Positions 45,059 through 55,532 of a stretch of 64,000 nucleotides of DNA are shown piece by piece. This DNA is from an uncultured Poribacteria bacterium. GTDB lineage: Bacteria > Poribacteria > WGA-4E > WGA-3G. The first letter of the stretch is position 1, and every line of letters begins with the position of its first letter. Under the pieces are notes generated by a model that ran no database searches, was not told the DNA's origin, and was given only the letters and a program-made list of their open reading frames with translations. The stretch is taken from NCBI GenBank assembly GCA_958296135.2, contig CATQHZ020000001.1, positions 4,928,001 to 4,992,000 of the forward strand. The letters run 5' to 3'. Position numbers and translations under genes: made by a program.

Positions 45059-47400
45059 TGTATTTCGTCGTTTCTCGCGGGGGTTTGGCTGCGTCTGGCC
45101 GGGTCCCGTTTCCTTCTCCGGCAGACGTGCCGCTTTCAAGTCTAGCCGGTAGGCATCCGTTTGGCGCGCCGGTTCTCAGGCTGTTCCTCTGCCTGCTGTT
45201 CCTGCTGGCCCCCGTGTCTCTGTCCCCTTTGTTCGCGCAAGATGCGGCGAAGACGAAGGATGAGCAGAGCCGTGAAATCGCCACCAAACGCGCCCGCTTG
45301 GAGATGGAACTCGCCGAGAACCTGATGAAGGAGAAGCAGATTGAACTCGAAAATCTGCAGGCGATGATGCGCGAAGAGAACAACATCGTTACCGTCTCCG
45401 AGGTGAATCAGGCCGAGGAAGAACACAAACGCGCCATCGCCGAGTATGAAAAGGCGAAGTTGAACCTGCAGCAGGTGGAACTCGATTCGTTGAAGGATGC
45501 ATGGCACATCACCGTCGAAAGCACGCGGCTCTATGAATCGCGCGACGGCAGGGAACTGTTCGCCATTACGCTGCGCAACAGGTCCCTGCCTGTCACTCTC
45601 ACCGAGAGCTCCAAAGTGCTTGGACGCGAGGTTGTCGTGAGCGCGCAAGTGGACGACATCTTCGTCTCCATTAAAGAGAAAGAGGACTTTGGCCGGGGCG
45701 GTGCCATCATCGCCGAACCTTACGAACGCCGAATTGAGACGTTGAAAGAAGGCGAAGCGGTGACCCTGGAGTTTGAGCTCATCAAGGAGGATGTCCGGAA
45801 TGTCGTCGTGGCATTGGACTACCTCGATGTTGAGGAGGAACGCAACATCCACCTGAAGCAGGAAGAACCCTACATCTCCGTCGTCTCGGCGCGCCGTTAC
45901 AAACAGGGAGACCGGCGGCGGTTGGAGGTTATCCTTACCTACGGTGCAGTAACAAGCGATGACGACGCATCGGTGGACACCGTCCAAAACACGGCGCAGG
46001 AAATCAACAACGTCTACATCTCGATTCAAGACGATTCGGCGGCCATCATCGGCTACCCTTACGAGCAAAAGATTCGGACGCTGCGCGACGGCGAGGAGAA
46101 ACTGCTGGACTTTGAACTCCGCCGGAATGTGGATAGTCTCACCGTCAATTTGCGCTATCTGGACAAGGATTACCCCTATAAAATCCACTTGGAGGAAGAC
46201 ACGCGCCACCTCTCGATTTTGAGTGCCAAGAAGTTCCGGGTAGAGAACCAGATGATGGTAACGCTGCAACTGAAGAATACCTCCACAACAGAGGCGATGC
46301 CGATGAATGCCACCCCAGAGGAAATCGCCGCCGCTAATGAAATCCGCTCGCTTTATGTCTCCTTGCTTGATGTCACCGATGACACGAACATCGTCAAACC
46401 TTACGAAGCAAACGTCCCAGTGCTCGGCTACAATGAGACAGTAGCACTGACATTTCAACTCCAAAAAGATGTGGAAAGCCTGAAGGTGTCGCTCAAGTAC
46501 CCAGAACTGCCCGAACCGGACATACGGCTGATTTATCTGCAGAAGGAATCGGCGTTGGATGTCGTCAATGTCAGTTCGTTGCGGTTTTCACAGGAGGGAA
46601 ACCTCGGCAGCAATGTTACCTATGATTTGACGTTGGATCGGTTAGCGGAGACAGAGAACACGTTTCAGTTGCGCGTCATTAACCTGTTGGACCGGCTCAC
46701 GTTTGAATTTCAGGACCCCGAGACGAAATCGCGGCAGTCACAGGTGAAGTTTACACAAGAACAATCCAAGCGCGCCCTGCAGTTGATTGTGTACCTGCCG
46801 GAAGAGTTGGATGCCGCCTATCTTGATAGCACACTGGAATTTTACGTGGCGGTGCTCGATGAATCGGAGGCAAACGCACTCGGCGGTGCCAATAACCGGC
46901 TGGACTTGCCTGCGGAGCGGCTGGCCGGTATCCAAGGCGGAATTGAGCGGTTTGAGTTGATTCCGAAAGGGGTGCCAGAGATTGAACTTTTCGTGCCGAA
47001 TGCGTTCCAAACGATTCAGGTAGGCGAGCCGGTGCAGATGACAGCAACGCTCGAGAACATCGGCACGCGAGATCTGGTGGACATCCGCATGGTGGTGGAA
47101 GTGAACACCGAGTGGAACTACACCGTGTCGCCGGAAGTCATTCGTTCGCTAAAGCGCAACGAAAATACAGAGATTCAGGTGACGTTGAACCCACCCTCAG
47201 ACATCGGCGTCGGAGAATATGAGGCGAAGGTGAATGCGGAAGTCACCGTGGATAACCGCAAGGTGGAAGCACGCGACCGGTCGATTACGGTGAAGGTGGA
47301 GTCGCAGACGCAGGTGTCAATCACGACGCTGCTGTTTGTGCTGCTGATTCTCCTGGTCATCGGCATCGCCATCGTCACGATACGGATTAGCCGCCGGTAG
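45055..47400 (+). CDS. Membrane-anchored periplasmic protein: helical hairpin, three beta repeats, NEW3-like Ig domain, C-terminal TM
   Basis: Signal peptide, coiled coil, 3x (V/I)SI.....II..PYE..I..L..GE...L.F.L..DV.SL.V.L.Y, L.N.GT.DL.DI...W...V.PE.I.SL...P.DIGVGEY (NEW3-like), C-terminal TM + IRISRR. Confidence 0.8.
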   Translation: MMYFVVSRGGLAASGRVPFPSPADVPLSSLAGRHPFGAPVLRLFLCLLFLLAPVSLSPLFAQDAAKTKDEQSREIATKRARLEMELAENLMKEKQIELENLQAMMREENNIVTVSEVNQAEEEHKRAIAEYEKAKLNLQQVELDSLKDAWHITVESTRLYESRDGRELFAITLRNRSLPVTLTESSKVLGREVVVSAQVDDIFVSIKEKEDFGRGGAIIAEPYERRIETLKEGEAVTLEFELIKEDVRNVVVALDYLDVEEERNIHLKQEEPYISVVSARRYKQGDRRRLEVILTYGAVTSDDDASVDTVQNTAQEINNVYISIQDDSAAIIGYPYEQKIRTLRDGEEKLLDFELRRNVDSLTVNLRYLDKDYPYKIHLEEDTRHLSILSAKKFRVENQMMVTLQLKNTSTTEAMPMNATPEEIAAANEIRSLYVSLLDVTDDTNIVKPYEANVPVLGYNETVALTFQLQKDVESLKVSLKYPELPEPDIRLIYLQKESALDVVNVSSLRFSQEGNLGSNVTYDLTLDRLAETENTFQLRVINLLDRLTFEFQDPETKSRQSQVKFTQEQSKRALQLIVYLPEELDAAYLDSTLEFYVAVLDESEANALGGANNRLDLPAERLAGIQGGIERFELIPKGVPEIELFVPNAFQTIQVGEPVQMTATLENIGTRDLVDIRMVVEVNTEWNYTVSPEVIRSLKRNENTEIQVTLNPPSDIGVGEYEAKVNAEVTVDNRKVEARDRSITVKVESQTQVSITTLLFVLLILLVIGIAIVTIRISRR

Positions 47401-47417
47401 GGAGGACTGAAAACGAC

Positions 47418-48791
47418 ATGAACATACGACTGACAGCACTGTCACTGTGCTTGCTGTTGCTAGTGGCGCGTGCTGTCCCCGCGCAACGGCTCGTTTCCCT
47501 GACACCGACGCGCGCCATCGCATTGGCATTGAAAAACAACGAGGCCGTCAGGCAGGCAGAAAAGGTTGTTGAACGCACCCAGGCGAATCTTCGCCTCTCC
47601 AAAGCCATCTATCTGCCGCAGGTGGGACTTACCGGTGAATATAAACGCCAAAAGGCGGGCGATACCGATGAACGGGACTACCTCTCCCGCGGGCAGCTCA
47701 GCCTCTTGCTGGCACAATTCGGCGAAGTACCGGAAGGACTTGACACCACGCAGGAAGCCGTACGGAAAGCAGAGATTGCCGCCGAACGCGTCAAAAAAGA
47801 CATTGTCTCCGAACTCCGCAACCTCTGGCACGATATTATCTTGACGCAGGAGGAAATTACGCAACGCCGCGCGATTGAGGTAGAACTCGTCAAAAAACTG
47901 AAAGGCACGCAAATCAAACACGAGAAAAAGCGGATTCTCTTCTTGAGCCGCCTCAATACGGAATTGGAACTGTCGGAACAGCAGCTCGCACTGAACGAAC
48001 TCCAGCGGCGGCTGGATGTGGACACGGCGGAACTCATCCGCCTCACCGGGCTGGACCCGCTCGCAAACGTCGTCCTCTCGCAACCCCTGCCAGACGACGA
48101 CATCACACTGGAAGCCGCTGTGGAATTCGCGCTCGGCAACAGCCTCGCGCTGCAGGACTTGAAAGGCGACATCGCCCGCCAAGAACGACTCGTCGGCGAG
48201 ACGCTCTGGAACCGGTTCCCCGAAGTCTCTGCCGAGGCGCGCTATCGCGACTTGCGCGTCTTGTTGGAACAGCATCCAGGCCAGCGGACATGGGATGCAA
48301 CGGCGCGCTACTCGCCAGTGCTGCTGGACAGAGAACGCGATGTGCCGAGCATCTTTGAACGCACCCCGCGTGCCGAACAGGGATGGGAGCTGCGGTTTAA
48401 TCTCAACATTCCGCTGTTCGATGGACACGAAACAAAAAACTTGCGTTCCGCTGAACTCGCAGAATTGGAGCGACTGCATCTAGAACACACCGACAAACGG
48501 AAACGCCTCCGCGTCGCCGTCCGGCGCGATTACCGCGCTGTCGCCAACGCTCAAGAACGAATTGAGATTGAGCAGCGACGCGTAGAAATCTATGAGCAAC
48601 GCCTCCGTGCAATTGAACGCGTGCTGGATGAAGTCACGGTGGAATTGCCCAATTATCGCGGGTTGACGTTTGACGATGCGTTCCAGGCACAGGCGCAGTT
48701 CACTGAGGCGCAACGCGTCTTCTATCAAGCACGCCGAGATGGTGCCCGGGCTAAAGAGAAACTGCGGCAAACGATGGAGTGGATTGATTAA
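47418..48791 (+). CDS. TolC-family outer-membrane channel protein
   Basis: Signal peptide, AIALALKNN, A.YLPQV.L.G.Y, TLEAAVEFAL.NS, LNIPLFDG two-repeat OEP pattern. Confidence 0.85.
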   Translation: MNIRLTALSLCLLLLVARAVPAQRLVSLTPTRAIALALKNNEAVRQAEKVVERTQANLRLSKAIYLPQVGLTGEYKRQKAGDTDERDYLSRGQLSLLLAQFGEVPEGLDTTQEAVRKAEIAAERVKKDIVSELRNLWHDIILTQEEITQRRAIEVELVKKLKGTQIKHEKKRILFLSRLNTELELSEQQLALNELQRRLDVDTAELIRLTGLDPLANVVLSQPLPDDDITLEAAVEFALGNSLALQDLKGDIARQERLVGETLWNRFPEVSAEARYRDLRVLLEQHPGQRTWDATARYSPVLLDRERDVPSIFERTPRAEQGWELRFNLNIPLFDGHETKNLRSAELAELERLHLEHTDKRKRLRVAVRRDYRAVANAQERIEIEQRRVEIYEQRLRAIERVLDEVTVELPNYRGLTFDDAFQAQAQFTEAQRVFYQARRDGARAKEKLRQTMEWID

Positions 48792-48804
48792 TAAGGAGAA
48801 GAGC

Positions 48805-49395
48805 ATGAGCACACAACAAATTCACCACGCGGAAGTGGGCATCCAACCCACACCAACCGCGCAGGAACCCCTCTCCCTGCCAACGATGACCTTGGAAGAA
48901 TTCCTTGAAAGCGATTTAGAGGGATACGAATATGTTAAAGGAGAATTAATACCGATGCCCCCTACCTCAGGCGAACACGGCGATATTAGCGTCAACCTTA
49001 TTGTGCCATTAGGTGCGTATGTCCGAGAAAATCAGTTAGGGCGTGTTTACATCCCGGACACGGGATTCCGTATAGGCGAGCGCGTGCTGATACCCGACAT
49101 CGCGTTTCTCTCAAACGCGCGGCTGCCAGAAGAACGGCGCAAGGCGTTTGAAATCCCGCCGGATTTGGCGGTAGAAGTGGTCTCCCCATCGGACGCGCAG
49201 TTTCGGATTGTCCAAAAGGTGCTGAATTACTTGGATGCCGGCACGCAACTCGTCTGGGTAATCGAACCAGTGGCGAAAACGGTGACAGTCTATCGTTCCG
49301 AAACCGACATCACGCTGCTCACGCGCGAAGACACGCTAACCGGTGAAGAGGTAGTACCGGGATTTTCGTGTGAAGTCGGGGAACTTTTCGAGTGA
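48805..49395 (+). CDS. Uma2 family PD-(D/E)XK endonuclease-like protein
   Basis: YEYVKGEL.PMPP...HG, PDIAF, PPDLAVEVVSPSD, YL.AG..LVWVIEP, GE.VVPGF. Confidence 0.9.
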   Translation: MSTQQIHHAEVGIQPTPTAQEPLSLPTMTLEEFLESDLEGYEYVKGELIPMPPTSGEHGDISVNLIVPLGAYVRENQLGRVYIPDTGFRIGERVLIPDIAFLSNARLPEERRKAFEIPPDLAVEVVSPSDAQFRIVQKVLNYLDAGTQLVWVIEPVAKTVTVYRSETDITLLTREDTLTGEEVVPGFSCEVGELFE

Positions 49396-49571
49396 TTTTG
49401 TATGGGCGCAAAGCGTCCCATCAGAACTGTTGGGGCAATCGCGTGGCACGGCGGGAGACAGGCACCGCCCTACGAGTTAATATCAACAGCCACCAGATTT
49501 GTAAGGGCAGATGTCTATGGTTTCCGCCCGCGTCAACCGCACAAAACAACTTGACTTAACAGGAGCCAAAC

Positions 49572-50162
49572 ATGAGCACACAACAAATTCACCACGCGGC
49601 AGTGGGCATCCAACCCACACCAACCGCGCAGGAACCCCTCTCCCTGCCTGCGATGACCTTGGAAGAATTCCTTGAAAGCGATTTAGAGGGATACGAATAT
49701 GTTAAAGGAGAATTAATACCGATGCCCCCTACCTCAGGCGAACACGGCGATATTAGCACTAACATTGATTGGTATTTGCAGGTGCATGTCCGAGAGAATC
49801 AATTGGGCCGGGTCTATCTACCCGACACAGGGTTTCGTATAGGCGAGCGCGTGCTGATACCCGACATCGCGTTTCTCTCAAACGCGCGGCTGCCAGAAGA
49901 ACGGCGCAAGGCGTTTGAAATCCCGCCGGATTTGGCGGTAGAGGTAGTCTCCCCATCGGACGCGCAGTTTCGGATTGTCCAAAAGGTGCTGAACTACTTG
50001 GATGCCGGCACGCAACTCGTCTGGGTAATTGAACCAGTGGCGAAAACGGTGACAGTCTATCGTTCCGAAACCGACATCACGCTGCTCACGCGCGAAGACA
50101 CGCTAACCGGTGAAGAGGTAGTACCGGGATTTTCGTGTGAAGTCGGGGAACTTTTCGAGTGA
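49572..50162 (+). CDS. Uma2 family protein, tandem duplicate
   Basis: Nearly identical to 48805..49395, including ~60 bp of downstream DNA. Confidence 0.9.
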   Translation: MSTQQIHHAAVGIQPTPTAQEPLSLPAMTLEEFLESDLEGYEYVKGELIPMPPTSGEHGDISTNIDWYLQVHVRENQLGRVYLPDTGFRIGERVLIPDIAFLSNARLPEERRKAFEIPPDLAVEVVSPSDAQFRIVQKVLNYLDAGTQLVWVIEPVAKTVTVYRSETDITLLTREDTLTGEEVVPGFSCEVGELFE

Positions 50163-50255
50163 TTTTGTATGGGCGCAAAGCGTCCCATCAGAACTGTTGG
50201 GGCAATCGCGTGGCACGGCGGGGGCCAGTGGACATCTCTGCTGGAAAACCCGCTG

Positions 50256-50342
50256 CGGTCGACGGCGTAGGCGGGTTTGCGAAAGCCAAACCCGCCGAAG
50301 ATGCGTCATTCGGCTTTGCGAATGACGCTGCGCCGTCGACCG
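50256..50342. other. Highly structured palindromic element (three-way junction) between convergent genes
   Basis: Outer stem cggtcgacggcgtag/ctgcgccgtcgaccg, inner hairpins ggcgggtttg..gaaa..caaacccgcc and gcgtcattcg..cgaatgacgc. Confidence 0.6.
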
Positions 50343-50403
50343 AAGAGATGACAGACTGAAGGCGTAACGGCCCCCGCCCTACGGTGAAAGGGGGCGGTTG
50401 ACA

Positions 50404-51828
50404 TCACACCTCCGCACGAACAAAGACAAGATAGGCACCCGACAGCAACACCACTAGAAACAGAAGCAACAGCAAAAAATCCATCGCCGCGGCATTGAAA
50501 TCACGGCTGAGGCTGAGTGTATCTGCAAATTTCGGAATCGCCTCCGGCGGGACGCTTCGTTCCGACATCCCCTCGCTGATGCCCAAGATATGTAGACTCC
50601 CCGGGTCGGCTCTATCCATATCCGCGACGAATTGGCGGTAATGGCGCGCATACCGCCGCACATTTTCTAGGAACTGCTGATGCCGTTCAAACCCCGTGCC
50701 CGCGAAGGCTTCAAACAGCTGCGACACAATCGCGGCGGGAGAAAGGCGAGTCATCGCGCGCGCACGTCTGCCCTGCGCCAACTGCTGGCTGAGATAGTCA
50801 TCGTTGAAGCGTTCAAACCGTACCGCATCCGTCTGCACATATTCTCCCCACAGCTGCAATTCTCTATAGGCGCGCGTGCCCGGGCGCGCGTTCTTTTCAG
50901 GCGGACGCAACTGGTATCGTTCCACGTATGCCTTCTTGTTCTCCTTCGGGATGTGCAGCCTGCGCCGCCAGAATTCGTTGTAGTCCACCGGCGCATTCGT
51001 GGCACCGCGGAGTGCCGCCAATGTGCTAGGCATAAAGACAACGAAGCAGACCCAGGTGAACAACAAGATGACAAGACTCACGCCGCTCTCTCGCACGCGG
51101 GCGGAAATGAGGAGCCCAAGCGCAATAAAAAGCGACGTATAGAGGACAGCGATGCCGCATAAGAGAGCCAAACGGCCCCACTCTTCCGCGCCGAGTTGCA
51201 CGGCACTTGAGGTAGAAATCACCAGCAAATTCATCACAACAGCGAGCGCGAATGGAATGAGAATGCTGAGAAAAACACCGAAGAACTTGCCCATTAAAAC
51301 GGTGTGCCGCGGTATAGCATTCGCAAGCATTAAGCGCAAAGTGCCGCGTTCACGTTCGCCGGCGATAGCATCAAAGGTAAACAGAATCGCAATGAAACTG
51401 AGCACATAGCCGACGATGAACGCCCAATCTATCTGCGTGAAATCGGGGCGGATATTGAGCAGATTCGGGTTCTCTTGAGGATACGTGAGCCGCCATATAG
51501 GCATTTCTCCATCAACCCAATTGTGTCCTTCAGCGAGTTTTGGCAAAAAATTCTCGCTACCGTCAGCACAGAACTGGAGAAGTGACGGTTTCTTGTAAAG
51601 ATGCCGCGGGCCCTCTGAAGCGAGGCGATAGAGGCTGCTGCCGCGCGCGTTCAGTTCCTTCGTAGCGCGCGCGACGTTGTCATGGTATGCCTGCGTCCGC
51701 TTCGGATGTTCATGCAGATGCACCGCGGCGTTAGTGAGCATCAGCGCGATGAGCAGCACCGTCGTTAAAGCAAAGCGGAGGCTATTCAGATTATCGTAAA
51801 GGTCGCGTCTCGCAATGTGCCAAACCAT
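50404..51828 (-). CDS. ABC-2-type transporter permease, type B1 (second copy)
   Basis: MVWHIARRDLYDNLNSLRFAL, IDWAFI, FTFDAIAGERERGTLRL, ends FVRAEV. Confidence 0.9.
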   Translation of the reverse strand: MVWHIARRDLYDNLNSLRFALTTVLLIALMLTNAAVHLHEHPKRTQAYHDNVARATKELNARGSSLYRLASEGPRHLYKKPSLLQFCADGSENFLPKLAEGHNWVDGEMPIWRLTYPQENPNLLNIRPDFTQIDWAFIVGYVLSFIAILFTFDAIAGERERGTLRLMLANAIPRHTVLMGKFFGVFLSILIPFALAVVMNLLVISTSSAVQLGAEEWGRLALLCGIAVLYTSLFIALGLLISARVRESGVSLVILLFTWVCFVVFMPSTLAALRGATNAPVDYNEFWRRRLHIPKENKKAYVERYQLRPPEKNARPGTRAYRELQLWGEYVQTDAVRFERFNDDYLSQQLAQGRRARAMTRLSPAAIVSQLFEAFAGTGFERHQQFLENVRRYARHYRQFVADMDRADPGSLHILGISEGMSERSVPPEAIPKFADTLSLSRDFNAAAMDFLLLLLFLVVLLSGAYLVFVRAEV

Positions 51829-51977
51829 GATGATACCCAATTCCTCTCTGCAGTTCGGGATTCGTCGCGGACGAAAAACTTAACGCCAGAAACGCAGCAT
51901 GCAACAACGGCGCATGCGGTGCTACGTCAAGAAACGTGATGACACGGAATCCCTCATCGAACGCTTTGCGCCAATAC

Positions 51978-53489
51978 TTAAACCTCGCGCCGAATGAAAA
52001 CCAACAGGATACCCATAAACAGCGCGACGTTCACCAAAAACAGGAGCAACATATCGGGCAACGCGCGCTTTGCATGCATTAGGACATCGCTACGCTCAAA
52101 GGAGAAACGCGGCAAGGCGCGCCAGTCAACCTTCCTTTCTTCCACGAAAAACCATTGTTGTGAGGCGAACATATCCCGCGCATAGAAATAGTCAATCACT
52201 TGCAGACGATAACGTCTCACGGCGGCAAAAAACGCTTGCATGCCGCCCAAGTCTGTGCCAGCCCACGCCTGCGCCGCCGAGTCGAACATGCCCACCGGTG
52301 AGAGTTTGAGCCACAATCTATCCATCACCGCTTGCCGGACGAAAACATCGTCAAGCACCGGCTTTCGGATACGCCACGTCCTCTCCGCCGCACGGATAGT
52401 CAGCGGTTCCATAAAAACGTAATAGCGTTTGACGAGTGGAATGTGCTTCTCAAAGGCCGGCGGCACATCCGAAAGCACGGTGGTGTGCTCTGTATCATAG
52501 TAGGCAAGGAGCATTGCATCGACATCGGCATGAAACCAAAGTTCCCAAACACCTTCAAAATTCGGCGCATCCGGATCGACACCTTCGCGCTTCAGGAACT
52601 GCTCCCGCTCCCGCTTCAATTCGTCCCAGATCTGTTGGATTTGATTTTTGGCGGATTGCACGCGCGCCTGCACGCGCGCCGGTGTCACGAACGGAGCATG
52701 GGCAGCACGGATGAGGTTTGGATAGACAAGCACGAGAAAGCCCCACACGAACATCGCGAGCATCAAGGCGGTGTTCGCACGGCGCGTCACGGTGGAAATG
52801 AACAACCCGAGCAGGTAAAACAGCGACAGATACGCAAACGCAGCAAGCACAATCCCGCCAATGCGCACAAAATCGTTTGCCTTAACAGAAATCGAGGCAG
52901 ATGTCGTGAGCAAAAGCGTCGCGAGCAGTAGACTGATGAGCAGCGGAACGAGCAGACACGTCATCGCACTGAACCACTTGGCGAGCAGGATATGGCCGCG
53001 CCGGACCGGCTGCGCGAGGACGAGACGTAAGGTGCCGCGTTCACGTTCGCCGGCAATCGCATCGTAAGCGAAGATGAGCCCCAGCAGGCTGAGCACGACT
53101 TCAAAAATGAAGACAATGTCAATCGACGAAAAGAACGCCAAGAACGGGTTATCTGTGCCGTGCATTTCGGCATCCCACAGCGACGGCACAAACCCGTGAT
53201 ACACACCGATGAGGTTGCCAACCCGTTTGTCTAAACCGACGTTGAAAATGCTGAGCGGATTCGGGGCCCTATCCACAAACAGCATGTAGTCAGAATAGGC
53301 TTTCGCCTCGCGCAACTGGTTTTGGTGCCGTTTGACAGAGGCGTGGTAACTTCCTAACCGGTGCTCGTAGTCCTGAATCAGCACCGCCGTATTTGCGACA
53401 ACAAGAAGCAACGTGATGAAAAGTGCCGCCGAGAACCGGAACGTCATGAGGTTGTTGAGCAGTTCTCTGCGGATGAGGATGGGTAACAT
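51978..53489 (-). CDS. ABC-2-type transporter permease, type A1 (second copy)
   Basis: PNPLSIFNVGLD, DNPFL, FAYDAIAGERERGTLRLVL, KLSP...AWAGTD. Confidence 0.9.
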   Translation of the reverse strand: MLPILIRRELLNNLMTFRFSAALFITLLLVVANTAVLIQDYEHRLGSYHASVKRHQNQLREAKAYSDYMLFVDRAPNPLSIFNVGLDKRVGNLIGVYHGFVPSLWDAEMHGTDNPFLAFFSSIDIVFIFEVVLSLLGLIFAYDAIAGERERGTLRLVLAQPVRRGHILLAKWFSAMTCLLVPLLISLLLATLLLTTSASISVKANDFVRIGGIVLAAFAYLSLFYLLGLFISTVTRRANTALMLAMFVWGFLVLVYPNLIRAAHAPFVTPARVQARVQSAKNQIQQIWDELKREREQFLKREGVDPDAPNFEGVWELWFHADVDAMLLAYYDTEHTTVLSDVPPAFEKHIPLVKRYYVFMEPLTIRAAERTWRIRKPVLDDVFVRQAVMDRLWLKLSPVGMFDSAAQAWAGTDLGGMQAFFAAVRRYRLQVIDYFYARDMFASQQWFFVEERKVDWRALPRFSFERSDVLMHAKRALPDMLLLFLVNVALFMGILLVFIRREV

Positions 53490-53512
53490 GTTTTTATTGA
53501 CGGTGCTTTCAT

Positions 53513-53952
53513 CCGGCCTTCACGCCGTAGGGCGGGGGCCCGGCGATCGCGAATCGCCGAGGGTTTCCCCCGCCATGCTCAACATCGCGAACAACCCCGC
53601 GCCCTACGGGGAAGAGGAAAAAGGCCTCGGTAGATCAGCAACGCGAGGGACAGGCCCTCGCGCTACGGGGCAATGAACCGGCGCTTTCATCCGGCCTTCA
53701 CGCCGTAGGGCGGGGGCCCGGCGATCGCGAATCGCCGAGGGTTTCCCCCGCCATGCCCAACATCGCGAACAACCCCGCGCCCTACGGGCAAATGAACCAG
53801 CACTTTACTCCCAACATCGCGAACAACCCCGCGCCCTACGGGCAAAAAACCCGGTGCTTCACGCCGTAGGGCGGGGGCCCGGCGATCGCGAATCGCCGAG
53901 GGTTTCCCCCGCCATGCCCAACATCGCGAACAACAGACTCTCGCGCTACGGT
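53513..53952. repeat. REP/REPIN cluster
   Basis: Three copies of cacgccgtagggcgggggcccggcgatcgcgaatcgccgagggtttcccccgccatgc.caacatcgcgaacaa. Confidence 0.85.
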
Positions 53953-53970
53953 TCAACGCATCAGGAGCAT

Positions 53971-55419
53971 TTACTTCACATCGCTTTTCAAAAACGAAAC
54001 CAGCGCGACAATAAAGAACAGCGCACTAAACAGAACCAACAACCCAACGGGCAGCAGCACGCTTTCATACGAGAGTGCCTCCTGAAACTGCGGCACAGCG
54101 GCCGGATTCACCGGTTTTTGTGACAACCCCTCTTTCACGGGATAGATATGCAGACTCGCCGAGTCGCTCCTATCCTCTGTCTTGACGAAATCGGTGAACG
54201 TCTGCCGATAGCGGCGCGCTTGTCGGACGAAATTCATGTAACTCACAACACCTGTGTTTGCGAGTCCCTCCATCGCATATTGAAAGCACGCTATCGGCGA
54301 GAGCTGCGTCAAGTCACCAGCCAATTGCACTTGTCGAAACTGCCGGTCGAGGTGCTCATCGGCAAACCGAGTTTTCGTTGCAACTTCTTTGGTGAAGAAT
54401 TCTGCCCATTGGCGAGTCGCTTCCGGATCTTCGGTAGAGGCGGCTTTTGCTAATTTGCCTTTGTTATCAAACGGCTCATAGTCGTCCCGAATCTGCTTCA
54501 ACTGCTTCTCTTTTTGCAGGGAGACTTCGTCCACGGAGGGAATCGGGTTCAGATTGCCGACAAAGGTACCGAGCAGACTTGGAAACACAAACGCTAAGCA
54601 CACCCAAGTTAACAGCAGCCAGACCAGGCTCGTCACCGCGTTGGTGACGCGACTGGAGACAAACAGCCCGAGGAAGATAAAGTTGGAGACATGCAGCGCA
54701 AAGAGCCCTACCATGCCGAGCAGGCGCAGCCAGTCACTGCCATCAAGCGGTATACTCCCGGTGAGGAGGATAACAATCAGGTTCATCAGAATGCCGATGG
54801 CGAGCGGCACCATGAGCGTCACAAACGCGCCGAGGTATTTTCCCAACAGCACTTGGGCGCGGGAGACTTGATTGGACATGATCAGGCTCAGCGTGCCGCG
54901 CGCCCGTTCCCCGGCGATAGCATCAAACGTGAACAAGATGGTAAAGAAACTCAGCAGCACCCCGATGAACACCCAGTCGATTTTGATGCGTTGTGTTGAA
55001 CTGCTGTCACTGTCCAACGAATATTCCAACACCCACGGGCCGCTCCACTTGTAGTTATACTCCTTCCGGCTATCACCGCTTCGGCTGGAGCTACCGGAAA
55101 CCTGCATGCGGACCCTGCCCGGTATCAGTTCATCCGTGCCATCAGCGCAGAATGTCAGGCGACTCGGCCGTTTCGGCATAGTACCGGGGCCTTCCATCGC
55201 TAACTTCGCGAGACTCTCCCCGGCGATGGTTTGAAGCCGCGTCTGCCGCTTCTTGAGTTCATTGTGATAGGTATCGTTTCGCGCCGGATACCCATTTTCG
55301 CCTAACCCGTAGATAAGCGCGTTCGCTACCATAAGCAGCGGCAGCAGGATGAGGGTCAGCGCGAACCGCAGCGTCGTCAGGTTATGATAAATCTCTTTCT
55401 TCGCAATATGCCAAATCAT
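53971..55419 (-). CDS. ABC-2-type transporter permease, type B2 (second copy)
   Basis: Close paralogue of 40924..42369. GAGGA RBS. Confidence 0.9.
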   Translation of the reverse strand: MIWHIAKKEIYHNLTTLRFALTLILLPLLMVANALIYGLGENGYPARNDTYHNELKKRQTRLQTIAGESLAKLAMEGPGTMPKRPSRLTFCADGTDELIPGRVRMQVSGSSSRSGDSRKEYNYKWSGPWVLEYSLDSDSSSTQRIKIDWVFIGVLLSFFTILFTFDAIAGERARGTLSLIMSNQVSRAQVLLGKYLGAFVTLMVPLAIGILMNLIVILLTGSIPLDGSDWLRLLGMVGLFALHVSNFIFLGLFVSSRVTNAVTSLVWLLLTWVCLAFVFPSLLGTFVGNLNPIPSVDEVSLQKEKQLKQIRDDYEPFDNKGKLAKAASTEDPEATRQWAEFFTKEVATKTRFADEHLDRQFRQVQLAGDLTQLSPIACFQYAMEGLANTGVVSYMNFVRQARRYRQTFTDFVKTEDRSDSASLHIYPVKEGLSQKPVNPAAVPQFQEALSYESVLLPVGLLVLFSALFFIVALVSFLKSDVK

Positions 55420-55532
55420 CCTTTCCTCCTTCGCAATGCATTTGATTCGCGTTGTTGGTGCAATAACGTTCGCTTACGTTAGCCATCATACTGACTACGT
55501 TCCTGGCACTAATGCTTTTCGGGACATCGCGC

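Noticed and set aside
45142-48479. Long antisense ORFs (440 aa and 339 aa) and similar shadows such as 31052..31828 and 42329..43426
   Set aside because: They lie opposite well-supported genes and reflect GC-rich codon bias.
48805-50162. Diversity-generating retroelement (template/variable repeat) explanation for Uma2 or array variation
   Set aside because: There is no reverse transcriptase, and the differences are not confined to adenine positions.
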